From: Adineta vaga
Taxonomy: Eukaryota; Animalia; Rotifera
NCBI GenBank assembly: GCA_021613535.1
Contig: CP075496.1
Span: 6,882,001 to 6,946,000, forward strand
Length of the DNA stretch: 64,000 nt
Direction of reading: 5' to 3'
Each line of letters starts with the position of its first letter. Within the stretch, counting starts at the first letter, position 1. Below, in pieces: positions 44,400-59,400 of this stretch. Position numbers and translations under genes: made by a program. The notes beneath the pieces are model-generated. The model was given only the letters and a program-made list of their open reading frames with translations, had not been told where the DNA came from and ran no database searches.

Positions 44400-46964
44400 A
44401 TGTCATCATCTTTTGAATTTCCTGATCTTCTTTATCCAGAATGTTTAACATATGATGATCAACCACATGAAATCTTACTTGATCAATGGCCTGTCACTAC
44501 TATGGTTAATATAAAATCTCGTTCATATTGATATAATCTTCTTATATATATATTCAAGGATTTTTCTATCAATCGGAAATTTGTTATGCAAAAAATACCA
44601 TCATCTAGTCATATATCGACTTTCCGAGCAACTGCACCACCATTTACTTATTCAAGTAGTTAATTTCTTTTTCAAATGTAATTATCGATATATTCATTGA
44701 ATTTAGTTGCGATGGAAGATCTAACTCATATGAATAAATATACATTGTCGACTGTAAATGCGAATGCATATATTGATACTATAGATGAGCATCTAACAAA
44801 ATATTTATTTTAGAAATATAAAAATTATTCCATTCGTTTGATTGCCAAACATAATCATCTCATCTATATTACGAAAAAAAATCAACTTAGTAAAGAAAAC
44901 ATTTAATCCATGACATGTAACATTTTTCTTGTCATTCATTCATTTATTCATAGATATTCAATCATTATCAAATCATATTTATGATGAACTTTGGTCGAAT
45001 ACAACTGAACATTTATCAAATACTCGACAACGAAAACATGTAATACAATCACCTACTTCTATCAAATTACTCGATTGTAGTATTGAAGAAAATGAACAAA
45101 TATTGAACATTGTTCTTGCTAATCAAGTATATAGTCAAATAATGTCTGAATACATCGAAAAGAATTATTTACATATTTTTCTTACAGAATGGTGTGGTGT
45201 TCTATTCATATGATACAACGACGACTGACTCTAGATTAACTTCATATATTGAAACGTCAGATCATACACCAATTCTTTCATTAAAATTCAATCCATATAT
45301 ATGTTCAAATGCTATTTGTATTGATAAAAATTATCGAACTTATCTGTTCGATGACGATACATTTACTTATCTTCATCAATTAACAGATGAAAAACTTCTT
45401 TCATCTGATATTCCTCGACGAATATATCTCGATTGGGATGCTTCACCATTCTTATATACAATCGCTGATAATCATCAAGGTTCATGTCTTCTATATGATA
45501 TTCGTTTACGTAATGAATCATTCAAAGAACTTTTCAAAATCGGTTCAAATCATCCATATTTGGATAAAACAGAAATTATTCGTGGTTATGAAAAAAGTTG
45601 TATGAATCCATATCAACATGTTTTTATCACTGATTATTCATTAATCATAATTGATTCACGAATGCCTAATCGATCTGTAAGAAAGATTTTTGAATTAATA
45701 GAATATCATTCGAAATTTTATATCTTTTTTGTTTTGACAAGGCTATTCATTCTCATCATGAATTATTACGACCACCGACATCATTCACACAAATGTCATG
45801 GAACAATCAACATTTAATTTTTATCAATGATGAATTCAATACTAATGTTTTAGAATATAGCTCAGATGAACATCATCGTTTGATTCAAACAAATCCTTCG
45901 TGGGAACTCTGTCCTATATCAAATAGTCGAGTCTATTTAACAAATAATGATAGTTACAATAGAAAAGAATTATTATTAGCACAATCAATTTATTTCGATG
46001 TACCAATACGAGATATGGCTATTGTATCAAATCCAGTTAATTCAAAGTCATTTCTTCTCTTTCAAGTAATGTTTAACAACATAGATCGATTTTAGAATTC
46101 TTCAGTTACTTTTTCGTTTAACTATTTCATGTGAAAGTAATCACCTTTTCATCGTTATAGTTGAACAGTGCTGGTAATATACATGTTCAACTTCTTGATG
46201 AATTCATTGATAAAATCGACGAGAAAACATGGAATCCTGATCCCGATGATTTAATAAAGAAACCACCGGATTGTTTTCGACAAGCTATTGATTATTGGTC
46301 AACAAAGTTTGTTTTATGTGTAATTAGATTATATTTATTTTGTATAATGTTGTATTAGATTTCTCCCATTATTTCAATGTAACACTTGTTTAACATACAA
46401 TGTCGAACCAACTAATTTTACAATTGTGACACCGTTTACTGCAATGACACATAGATCATTACGTGATTTTCCAACATTTAAAAATGATCATCTATCAACA
46501 GATAAAACAATTCCAGGTAGAGATCAGAGTAAAAGGAAAATAATTTCACATATGATTGATATTTTTATTGATAGCTGAACTTACTGAATGTCCAACATGT
46601 TCATGTATGCCAGATTTAACTACACAGGGTCAAATATCTCGAGCGAAAAATTGGATTCACGGTAGATAAATCTCATTTGATTTTAAAATCTTTCTTTTGT
46701 CTCTTCTATAGATTGGAAATCACAATTAGATGATATTCAATCCGATTTGAATGTATGTTACATCTTATGCTTATTCTATGTTCATTTCCTTTATTTCTTT
46801 CATAGATTACACCATCATCAACAACATATGATTGGCGACAGGTATTTGATTACAATGAATTGAATGAAACAAATAGAGAATCAACATTATGGAATGAAAT
46901 TCATCGACCATGGTGGCCAGTAGAAAATGCAACAGCTAATCCATCTGAATCTCCGTTGGAATGA
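44400..46964 (+). CDS. TAF1C: TAF1C/Rrn6-like RNA polymerase I SL1 subunit (WD-like)
   Basis: FNPYI, ELFKIG, HVFITDYSLIIIDSRMP and LLFQLNSAGNIHVQLL resemble recalled TAF1C blocks (HLVCTQFSLYLVDERLP; LFQLSAAGDVFYQQL). The gene has many exons. Confidence 0.6.
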
Positions 46965-47435
46965 GAAGCTTATTTTTGTAGTGATTATTTGTTAATTTAT
47001 TTTGTTTAATTAAAAAACTATGAAATATCAATTACTTCTGTACGAGTGATTCTTCACGATTGATAAAAAAACATATAAAACGAAAAAAAAAACACGAGGC
47101 ATTTATTGTGTCATGGAAATACGAAATCAAAATACATAATATAGAAAGTATCGTATATCTTAATCACTCATGATTTTTTATACATAAATAATGAATTACG
47201 GAAAAAAGAAAACAATAAGTCACCGAGCACGCTAAAAATAGACATTTAAATAGATGAAATAAACTGCATATTTAGTTCATAAATAAAAATAGATTGAACA
47301 ATCAAAATTAAAATACAAGTAAATCGAAATTAAAAGAATAACATAACAGACTATTTATTATAATTTATCGATTGTTAATTGTGGTTGTTGTTTGTTTGTT
47401 TTTATAAATAAACGGTTTCATTCGAATGATGACCA

Positions 47436-50400
47436 TTAGTTGTCGTCGCTGTAATAAAAAACAGATAAATTGAACATGAAATTTATGAGATAGTATTTCT
47501 TTTTCTTTAACTTACTTCGTCCTTTATGTGTTTGAACAAAAGGTAAAAGTGAATTCAAAGGAATAGCATGATGGATAGCATATCGATATCCATTGATATC
47601 AATAATTAAAATGTCTAAACTTCGATTTTGTTTACTTTTGTCAAGAATTTCTTTGATTTCATTCTCCGTTAAATATTTCACATCTTGACCATTTAATTCA
47701 AGTACAATATTACCTTTTCGAATACCATAAGCATCGGCTGATGAGCCTGATTCAACATTTTTAATATATAAAACATTATCACGACGAAATGAAAGACCAT
47801 AATCTTGTTCATGTGCATGAAAATTTAATTTACACAAACGTGGTTGCATACGATCAGTATTCGGTGACTGATAATCGAATTCAGCTCCTTCTAGATAACC
47901 ACCACGTTGTTTTAATATTTGAAAAGCTGGACCTGTTAGAGTAACGAGTGCTATTTGACCAGTTTCTTCAAATTCACGTTTAATATAGTTAATCTTTTCA
48001 TCAAAGGAATCGAAATTTTGAATATTTTTCGATTGAATATAAACAATATGATCACCTTCGGATAAACCACTAAAGAACAAAAATAAGTGAGAAATCAATA
48101 AGAATTATTTCAATACCTTCGTTTAGCTGGACTATTTGGACATACTTCGACAACAATTGGTGTATCATAATTTCGTTTTTCAATTATACGAAAACCACAA
48201 CCATTGAAATTTGAATCACGAAAAAGTACACATCTACCTAAACAAATAAATAATGGATGAGAATATTTGCATTCTAAGAAAACACAGTTTCTCTTATACG
48301 TGGTAATGGATCTGTGGGTTCAAGTGAGAAACTATTAATATCGTCTGGCATATTTGATCGATCACCATTGATTCCATTATTGTTAAGTTGTGATGATGAT
48401 TGAGTTGGAAGATTACCATAGAGATGTTCGTCATTTAAGTTTTGTAAAGATTTTCCTGAACGTTTGGTTAATATTTTGACGTTCGATGGTGCAACAAGTA
48501 GACGTACATTGCCAGTATACGCAGCAGTTATTAACAAATCAATTACCTCTAATTAAAAAGAAAGAAAATTGTTGTCGAACAGATAAATTTTATAACAATC
48601 AATTCTGTTGCTTAACCGCATGTTTGTTTATACTAGGTTTTCCTCTACTATCTAGATAATAGGACTATAAGATAGAGTCGATGTTATTTTATACCCTTCG
48701 TCGATGTGTTTTCGACATTTTGATCATTAACTTCGACTATACAATCAGCTTCTTGTAAACCATTACGTTCTAAATCATCAACAGACTGATAGATTATCGA
48801 TAAAAATGAATATTAGTATTTACCTGCGGGTGAATTTGGTTTAATATTGCGAATAATATGTTTACGATTATCAGGTGCTACGCTAAAGCCTATTTTTTCA
48901 CCAGGTTTCAACCATAAACGATAAAAACGGAGAAGTCGTTTTTCAGATACAACATCAACTGCTCCACGTGATAGAGGTCTGTCTGAACCTTTACTTATCA
49001 TTGAAGTTCCAGCTTGCTGACTTGAAGATTGATCTTTTTCATAAGGAGATGTTATTAAGTCGACTGGTTTGTCTATTTTTGACGATCCATTCGTAGCAGA
49101 TATGACTGGCGGAGTGTATGGTTCAGTCGGTGGGCGATAAGGTTTCGATATTATGTCCGTATCATTTCTGCTTCTTGTACTGCCTGGAGGTGATTCAGGT
49201 GTACGATGTCTAATCAAAGTAAAAATATTCAATAGTTTAAATATTGAAAATTAAAAAGAAATTACTTACGGAGTTATTCTGGCTTCAGGTGCTCGTGAAT
49301 CAATACGATGCTTATGGCTTTTATACCACTCATAGCCCTCTTCATCGATAACAAGTAATTCGATCTCTTTATCTTTTTTATAAATATTTCGAATATTATC
49401 TCGAAGATCTTCAAAGTCATCATTTTCAATATTTAGCCTATTTACTTCGATAATATAATCATCATTACGAATCTCTGCTTTTTGAGCTGGTGAATTTCGT
49501 TTTAAACTTTTAATTTGATAACCAGCACCACCACCAAATGTATTTGGTGATTGACTAATTTCGAAACCAAGATCACGATATGCTGACCAGGGCTAAATAG
49601 AAAATAGAATGAAATTTCTTTTTGAATTTTATTTACCCGAATAGTACAACGACGCATCTCAGGATATCTTTCAACGACAGCTGGTTTTATCGATTCTGGC
49701 TTTGTAGAAGCTGATGCTCTTCGACTTAATAATGCATCTTCATTAATAACTTCTAATGACAATGGTTCACCGCGTGATTCATTTTCAGCTGCAGACGTAC
49801 GTAGAAAACTTTTAAACGCATCGTTATTCATATTTTGAACATTTTTATTGTTAGCAGTCAAAATATAATCATTTACACGAAGGCCTTTCAATGAAGATGA
49901 GACATTCTATAGTAAGAATATGTATTTATTAAACACTATTCTTACCTTCCTGCTCAGCTGGTGAATTTGGTGTAATCTCACCAATTTGGTTAGGATATTT
50001 ACCAGACGTTTTAGTTTTGAGAATAAAACCATAACCAATTTTTTTATCACGATATAATTGATATTTTCGTCGATTTGATCGTGAAATTTCTTCTGATGCA
50101 TTTGGTTCAATGGGATTGTTCTTTGCTATTGCTGATATTCCAGATGATGGCTGAACACTTGTGTGTTGATTGGCTTTCGAATCTGATTTTGATCGAGTGT
50201 CTAGATATATGTGTACGTATAAAATAATAGTTGAAGAAGATAGAAAAAAAGAATTGTAAATAAACCTTCATCCGATGATTCGCTATCTAGAGGTGCTGTC
50301 GGCTTCGCATAATGTGACGATGGTTTTTTAACTAGTGCAGATACTCCACGTGAACCGTCTTGGTCTGATATTGGTCGCACAGGAGCTGCTGGAGACGTTG

Positions 50401-51277
50401 TATCACTATCACTATCACTATCACTATCAGTAACATTCATATAGTGATCTGAAGCGACTGGACGAGCTAAACAAAAAATATGTTAATAAGTTTTGAGTGT
50501 AATAAAGAAATTCTTTCGTGTTTCTATCTTACTAGTTGGCACTTTTTCGGATGTTTGAGCTGGTTCTAATGGCATATTGTTATTTCTGTAATGTTTATAT
50601 GTTTGTGTATCCATAACAAAAAGTTTCACATTCAACTTTGCTTTTGCTTCTCTGAGTTTCTGAAATCCAATGGAACTTACCTTATCATAAACTAATTCAT
50701 CATCAATACTAATAACTCGATCGCTTTTACGTAATCCAGCAATACTAGCCGGTGTATTTGGATGGGCTTCTTGAATAAATACACCAATATCATTTTCACC
50801 ATTAACTAATTCAAACCCAAATGATTCTTTAGCGTCCGTCAAATGTACAACACATATACGTGGAATATGTTTAGGAAAATTTGCATATTCATCCGGCATG
50901 GTTTTTGGTGCTGAAATGGTTTTGGCTTGTTTAGGATCAATTTTGATTCTTTCAGTTAAAACTTGATCATAAAAACGTTTTTCCATCACAAGTAAATCGA
51001 TTGTATCATTTTTATCTCGTGCTTTTTGGATCGACTGTGTTAATTTCTCATATTTCACTTTTTTCATATCATCTTTGTTAACAGCTAGAATAACATCATT
51101 GATTTTGAGACCAGCAGCAGCCGCTGGACTATTCGATTCAACTACTGATATACTATATGGTGGATTTGATCCCGGTTTAAGATTAAAACCAAGTCCGGTG
51201 TAATTAGACCATTTACATAATCGACAAAGTCGAAGATTGGCATCTTTCAAAGTAAATCTTCTATTTCCTGTAGCCAT
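47436..51277 (-). CDS. NHERF/PDZK1-type multi-PDZ scaffold (about seven PDZ domains)
   Basis: Repeated R.C.L/G(L/F/Y)GF and NSPA..AGL...D.I..VN PDZ motifs across the exons. Confidence 0.85.
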
Positions 51278-52529
51278 GTCAATGCTTACTAATTGATTTT
51301 TTCAATTCAATATAAATGAAAATATCTGAAAAAAAAACGAATACTTGGTAATAAAACATCATTGCTTCTTCTCCAATATACATCCATGAAAAATTCTACC
51401 AGTCTTTGTGTATACGTATGATTACAACGAAATAACATTTCGTTTTGTTGGTTTTTTAGTCTAACCGCGAAGTTTTATTTTCTCTGTCTCTCATTCTCTG
51501 TCTATTAAAAACGAGTATAGATGTCTGATAAGAATTACATACATGTATCCAACATGTCATGTATAGTTGTGAAGAGAGAGAACATCTCCACACGTATTTT
51601 ATCTTAAAAAGATTCAAGAACAAAGAGATATTTCAACATTTTTTTTAAGTGGAAAGAATGTGAACTATGGCGTGAAACTTTCTCTTTGTTTTGTTTGAAA
51701 TATTTTCAAATTTAAATCAAATGAAAAAAGAACGAACATTCTTGATATATGAACATTTTATTATACAAGAGAGATTCGTTCATAATGAGAAACAATCGAT
51801 ATATGTCATATATTTGAAGTTTTACTTACTTGTTCTAGACATTTCTGTTTATACCTTTTTTCTTTTATTCATCTTCAATGAAAGTCCACTGAAACTTGGC
51901 CTTCATGTCTTCTCTATATTTATAGATAAAGGAGATAACAAAATATAGAAAGAGATAAAATTGTTGACAATTTCAATGCAGAAGGGAAAAAACATAAATT
52001 CATCATTGCAATTTTTTTGTTAAGAAAACGAAATTTGCAACATCGATATGTAATAAACCAATGACACGAAAATTGAGAATTTTTCTCATTGAAGAAAGTT
52101 CAATCAAAACTTATCCCATAATTACTGTTGTTGTTCTTGATTATAAATTTCTTTTCACACGATAACATGGTCGGAAGAAACAATTTACGATCTTTTACTA
52201 CTTCGAATTCAGCCAAGATAAGACTCGAACAGTTATACGCCTACGAAAACTAAAGAATTGATAAAATAGAAATTCTTTCGAAAGAAATAACTCATTCATC
52301 GATACACAATTCATGATTAACCCATAGAAATGAATCATTGTGTGTTTGTTTTTAATACTATACAATCGTATTGTGAATAATCATTTACTTGTAAAACTCT
52401 TCCGCAAAATAATATTCTATTATTTAAACATCAATGATAACTAACAACGTATGAAATATATTTAATCTTCAATATTTTATAATTGATTATTTTTATATAT
52501 AAGCAAGAAAATGAATATATCCTCTATGG

Positions 52530-53175
52530 TTATATTTGAATATTTCGTTGGAGAAATAGATTTTTTAAAATTTCATCCATTTGAGTATTATAACCAGTTA
52601 ATTGTCGGGCTATTTGTGATGACCATTCAAAATATTCTTTAACACGTTCTTCTGACCAACCCACAGGTACTGCACGATTTAAATCACGTAAATTATAAAT
52701 TTTATCAGCAAGACGAACAACAATTGCGTCGGCAGATAGTTGCTTTGCATTAACAATTTGTAAACGTTTTCGTTCACTTTTCTCTAAATTCTTATCATCT
52801 GTTAATTCCATTACAATACCTATGAAATATATATGTAGAAGTAAATTCATTGATAAAATCTCGAAAGATCAATACCAGCAATACGAGAACCAAATTCTTT
52901 TTGAAGTTCTTCAAGTGTCGTTTCTGTATCTTCGATTGTATCATGTAAAAGAGCAACCTAAGAGATATAGAATATTTTTATCTTTTGAATATTTCTTTTT
53001 GTTTTTGTCTATTACGAACAGCAAGTAAATCAAAATCATTAATACCAGCTTCATTACTTAGGATATGTGCAACTCCTATGGGATGATTTATATACGGTGT
53101 ACCATCGAGATCTTTGCGTTTTTGAAAACGATGTTTATAAGCAGCAAATTGAAGTGCGTGCATAAATTTTTCCAT
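52530..53175 (-). CDS. HDDC3: MESH1 HD-domain hydrolase (ppGpp hydrolase/NADPH phosphatase)
   Basis: FAAYKHRFQKRKD..TPYINHP, LLHDTIEDT, ELTDDK and LADKIYNLRDL..PVGWS motifs. Confidence 0.93.
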
Positions 53176-53447
53176 ATCTATGAATTAAATTTACGTTTGT
53201 TTATCAAAGCAAAAGAAGAAAAATATGATTTATTATTCCAAAAATTATTTTTTTGTTATATTTGTTAAATTTAGAAAAAAAAATATCATCTAGTCAATAT
53301 ATACAAATAGCTAGAAGAAAAAAGAATAAATAAATATATACACACATCACCGATAAGACAGAAAGAAAAATAAATAAATAAATAAACCATAATGCTAACA
53401 TAAATTAAAAGAAAAGTAAAGATAATTTTGTAATATATTTACGAGAT

Positions 53448-56400
53448 TTAACGTTCTTCATCTAAAGCTCGTTCAGGAAGTTCATTTATTGTATTGATCG
53501 AATAATCTGTTAATTTACTGTAACCAATACGTAGTTTTTTATCGTTTCCACATGAACTATTATGATTATCAACGGATTCAATACTAAATCGATTGTTTAA
53601 TCCTAAAATGAATATAAGCAATTCAAAATGAATTGAAGAATGGAAAAAGTATTAAATTACCGTAGGAGGCGAGTATAGGTGGTGTACTTGTCTTGTTTTC
53701 ATAGTTGCCATCCGTAGGAATATTAGGTGGGATAATCGAGTAAAGTTTCGTACCTGGATCCGTAATTTTACCAATAAAATCGTCGAGAATTTTATAATTT
53801 AAATTCGTATTTAAAGTTTCTAATGGTGCAACAACTATAGTATTCGAACAAATAACTAAAGAAAAACAGAAAGATTTGATTCTCGAAAGAATTGTTTTGT
53901 ATACATACGTTCAGTTTGTTTACATTCGAGTACCTTATGCAGATAAAGTGTTGATTTTGCACCACTAATAACTCTTGTACTAAAAAGACTTGTTATTGGT
54001 GGATAAGTAACTAAAATAAAACGAAAACAAATCAGAAGTAACATATCTTCCTAATAAGAAAGTTTAGTTTTCATACTTATACTTTTATCTGGTGAAGCAC
54101 CATGAATTGTATTATAATAACTATGTGGTAATGTTGATTCTAAGAAGAATAAGATAACATAGAGTATTTTAAAAACTATATATAAATAGGATTATGGAAT
54201 CAATAGGAATTAAGAAGTGAAAACTAATAAGCAACTCTACCACATATGAGCACAAAGAATCATAAGTAATAGTGATATGTATATATATATATATGTGTGT
54301 GTATAAATATGTTATTGAATAGAGAGAATCTCATAAAATATGAGCAGGTAAACCAGGTGAATCATTAAAATTGGTATTCTTTTTTAAAATCACTATTTAA
54401 AACACACGCGTAGTATATTGTACCCGAATTTCGACGTGAACAATTAAGATTATCTGTGAAATCAGGTCGTAAATAAGATCTTGTAATATAAAGGCCAAAT
54501 AGTGCACTCGATTTTCGACGTATTCTCGGCGAGGATAAAGGATATGATTCGGACTGCTGTGCGATTAAGTCTAGAAGGAATATCAAGCAGCAAACCCGTT
54601 ATTAGCAAATATAGTATGTTCTATACGAAAAAAAAACAACTAAAGGGTACATGAGACCACCACCAAAGGACATAACTACATAGATTGTGTCCCACCTAAG
54701 AGACGACGATTTAAAACCTTGCCTTTGGAAAGATAATAATAATCAAAACAGAATATTAAGAAACATTCATAGAGTGACTCTTACGTTGTAAGTCGGATTC
54801 ATCATCTTCGAGTGATTTCGGTTTCATGGCATAGTTATGATGAGAAACTAAATAAGATTAATAAAAACGAATAATCAATGAAAAAAAAAACAAATATACT
54901 TTGTTTAGAATTATAATTTAAAATATCAACATTCGTGTGTTCTGACGAACGACTTGTTGTTATTCCACTATTATTTCGATGAAGTGCTCTTGATGAAAAT
55001 GAGCGTTGTTTAATTACTCGTGGATCCGTTTTTTCTGGCGATTTAACATTACGTAGAGGAGTTATATTTGATTCATTCGATAATGTAGTTAATTGTGATT
55101 GTGGTAATGATGATGAGAGAGTTGGTTCCTGAATGATTGATAATGGGGAATCTGATATGAGTACTTTTTCTCGTTGTCTTGGTGGACTATGAGCAGCTTC
55201 ACGATTACTTTTTGGTAAAACTGTACGAGTTTTATCTATATTACATGTCACTGGATCAAACTAAACAGATAAATCAAATGTTTTTTTTTTCTCTTGTTCT
55301 TTTGAAATTAAATGAATATACGTCTGGTGGATTATCAAAACATCCATAAGCTCCGGGTGAGAAATGTAATTCCACATGAAAACGTTTTTCGGAATCTGGT
55401 TCTTCACTTGAATCTTCATATAACATAATAACAATTTGTGTTAAATAATTCAATTCAGAAACAGTATCTAGATAATCCATTGAACGTTTCCATTGTTCAT
55501 CATTTGAAGTCTAGAATTAAATAAATGCTTTCAAAATAAATCAAGCCAAAAGATAAAATTTATTTACATTCAATAAGCCACCATAACGAATAACTGTAAA
55601 AAGTGAGTGAACATGGGATTCACTTGTAAAATATAATCGTGTTCGAACATGTCGTCCAGGTGTTTGAATACCTTTGGAATAACTAAGAAAAAAAGAAAGA
55701 GAGAAGATTATTTTAGTGTTGATTCATCGAAATGTTCATTCAATGTGACATTCTGCATGCGCCAACATGCAGTTGAATATATAATTTCCGTTCAAATTAC
55801 TTTGAATTCTCTGAAAAGATGAATAAAATCCTTTTCCATTATTCAATTCGGAAATTAAATAAAAATCAAATCAATAAATAAATAAATAAATAAACGAGCG
55901 AAAGAAACAAAATACGGCAGAGATCATATGATACCTGATCGGATCTGAATCGTATTGATTCAAGTACCTATATGATGAGAGTTTTTTTGTTAAGAGAATT
56001 TATATTTATTTCATTGAACGTTTCATTATTTTTCTCTGGTAAAAGAATTCAATTGATTTTTCTTACCTTGGATCAAGTTTATTTACATGTTCATCCTGTG
56101 CTAATACACCAGTTAAATTACATTGAAGATCTACAAAGAAAACAAAAGGTAATTTAAAACACTGGCATATATAAACATACCTGCTCGAATCTTGCTGAGC
56201 AATGGTGTAATAATTCCACGTGCAATACTTAATTTTTCTTCAATAGTCATACCATATTCCTGAAAGATAGAAGAAGCAAATAAGCAATTGATCGATCAAC
56301 AATGTTTTACTTGTGGTACAACAAGATCAGCTAACGCTTTGGAATAGAGATGTAAATCAGTTGCATGTTTGAATTGTAGAACACTCTTATTGTGTAATAG

Positions 56401-59400
56401 ATCATATTTAATAGAATCATATATATCAGGTACTTTTGATATATTAAATTTATCTTTTTGAATATCATAGAAATCTTTTTCTAATTTAAACCCTAAAAAT
56501 ATCGTCATTCAATACAAAAAGAAAACATAGAAATGTGTACATACATCGTCTTAAACATAAATCCCATGTTTCGGAATGGTAAAGTGTGTCTAAAAGTGCA
56601 TTGAAAAAAACACAGACAAAGAGAATCAGTCATTAGTAATATATTTCATTTACCAGAAGGCCCTCTGCAATACGTGATTGAAGTAATTCAATCATTTCAT
56701 GAATATATGCAAAAATTTTTCGACAAGTTGTTACTGGATTTTCAATAAACTTCATTGATGATATTAATGAACTTGAACGAGTTGGTGTGATCTAGAAATA
56801 GTAGAAGAAGTCTGTTAGTTTCATTTCAAATATTTCTACGAACAATATCATAATCTTCTTCAGTAAATGCTCGATCTTTTGCCAAGAGATCATGTAATGT
56901 TTGTTTAACTTTTTGTTGTTCTTTTGTTGAATCAACATCATTGTCAAGTAAACCATTTGTATTCGCACTTTTAACCATTTGTACAAGTATAGGAGCTAAT
57001 TCACCATCAAGTGCCAATAAGCCTTTAGCAAAGGCAGCAGCAGTCATTTGTACACGACCTTCATCAGATGCATAGATTTTTAGATCATGTCGAAAGGTAG
57101 AATGTAAACGAAGAAGACCAACACCAGGTTGATCGCCACCAGCATCTTGGCCTCCTGGATACATTTTACGGAAAGCCTTTTAAGATAATATTAAAAACGA
57201 AATCAAATTATTAAATAGAATAACTCTACTTTGCCAAGTGTTTCCGCTTGATTTTTGCCCATATTAGTCAATTGGCCACCCCATTTGACGACTAATAGTA
57301 ATGATGGTTGTGATGGAATAGGTGAGCCGTCTAAAATGAAAAAGAAAAGTCCGATTGATTTGATATGTAATTTAGAAATATTTATTTACCAGTTCCACTA
57401 CTTAATTTTTTTGGTAAACCTTTCGGTAAATATTTCAATTGAATTTTACGATTAATTCCTGAGAAATGTCCATATAATTCTAGTACTTGTTTTAATTGCA
57501 TTAATTTTCCTTTCGTTTCTGGTGAATTAGGTAATTGCTGAAATAAATTATATTCATTTCTATTAAAATCAAAACAAAAAACTTTTGAGTTCTTCTTACA
57601 TTTGTTTGATGATTCTCAAGTTCTTTTAATAATGTTCGAGTAATATCAAGAACTTCCTACAAAGTAATGAAATACTTTCATATAGATAGAGATGAAGTCA
57701 AAAACAATATACTTGAAGTTGACCAGGATGTTTCAATTTTAAATGGCCATGTTTTGGTCCATTATATTTTTCAAATAATTGAAAAAATCTCCAATTAGAA
57801 ACACACAAATGAGTATTCAAACTAAATAAATAATGTCTTACAGAGGATGCAGAACGGCCATTTTCATTTTTTGTTTTGGTGTTCGATCACCATGTCGAAT
57901 TACTGCAATAACACAACGTAATTCCATTCTTGTACCAAATGCTGTTGGTACATAGGGTGGATCATCAGGTTGATAAGCTAATGTATATGGAATAGATAAT
58001 GTTGGTGCAAGTTCACACATAATCATATGTCTATAATGAACGTATAGAAAAATAACGTCTCCTGAAGCACAAACAAATGAAGTTAATACCCAAGAATCGA
58101 TGCACAATCATCATAATATTTCGTACTATTTTTAACAAAACTAAAACCATTAACATCGCAAACAAATGATTTCTTATCAGTACGAAGTAAATCAAAACCG
58201 CATATATTTTGCTGAAATAGAAATGAACAATTTGAAATTTATTTGATTGTTTCAATAAAAATTCAAAATACTTTAAATGCCGAACATATTCTCATTGCAA
58301 TCAATTTTTCATCTGAACGTAATATAACTGGATATCGTACTTCTTTACCAAATTCATCTCGTTCAACTTTTCCATCAAGTCCAGGAGATTTTCTTGCTTC
58401 AGCATGAGCATATTGATCACCAACGGTATAAACCTAGACAAGAATAATTTCGTATTATAAATTTAAATGAACTCATTGAACTGAATAATATACTTTCACA
58501 TCTGTACCATCCGTTGGCATAAATTCTTCATAAATATATGAACCCTCTTTACGAATACTGTTCTCCTCCATATAAACACTACTTCGACTACCAATCTAAA
58601 TGAAATAGTACGCAGTATTTAAATCAATGATAAATAAGACTATTTCGTATTATCAACTCTTTGAACAATACCTTTCGAAACAAACGTTGTGAACCGCCAC
58701 CAGCTGATGATGGAAAATAGATATAAACATCATGATTTTCTGCTGAAACCGGTTTTTCTACAAATGGTTTGTGAAATATTTCTCCGTCTATTTCAATTTG
58801 ATCCTCTTGTTCAATAACAGCTGACAAAGTTTCCCATGTTCCATCTAAATAAAATACGATAATATGAGAAATTAGAAGATATTTCTTTACCAGAATTTTG
58901 TCTTCGTCGAAGTACACCATAACGTGGTTGTTCAATTCCAACAGCTCGAAGTGTTTCATGCACTTTTATACGATCCATTATATCCCATTGTTTATCAAGA
59001 TCATTTATGAGAAATGGTTGACGAAGACGTGCATATTCTTGTGTTTTAGCTAAAGGAAACCCTTTACTATGAAAACTAATTAAAACATGACAAAATGGCC
59101 ATTCATCAACAGGTTTTTCATGTATCGTTGCTTCAGGAAATATAAATATGCGTAGAAATTCATGTTGTTCAAGACGATTTAAAATTTCTTCCATAGGTTT
59201 TGCTTTGATTTTTTTCCATTGTGCACAAATGCCCACTGTAATTATCCGACGATCTTCCTATGAAAAACAAAGCAACAATACATTTACCTGTCGAAACGAC
59301 ATTTTAACTCTTTACTTCGTTGTCATCATCTGAATTATTTATATCATCAAATATATCCTCATAATCATCACCGTATAAAGATTCATCACCACCAACACAA

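Noticed and set aside
48635-48652. Possible 18-nt in-frame microexon in the PDZ gene
   Set aside because: The upstream intron would be only about 42 nt and the splice sites are weak.
55801-55810. Possible second microexon (cag|agaattcaaa|gtaatt) in the PPIP5K intron
   Set aside because: Its 10 (or 8) nt would shift the frame. It could be a poison exon, but this cannot be distinguished from chance.
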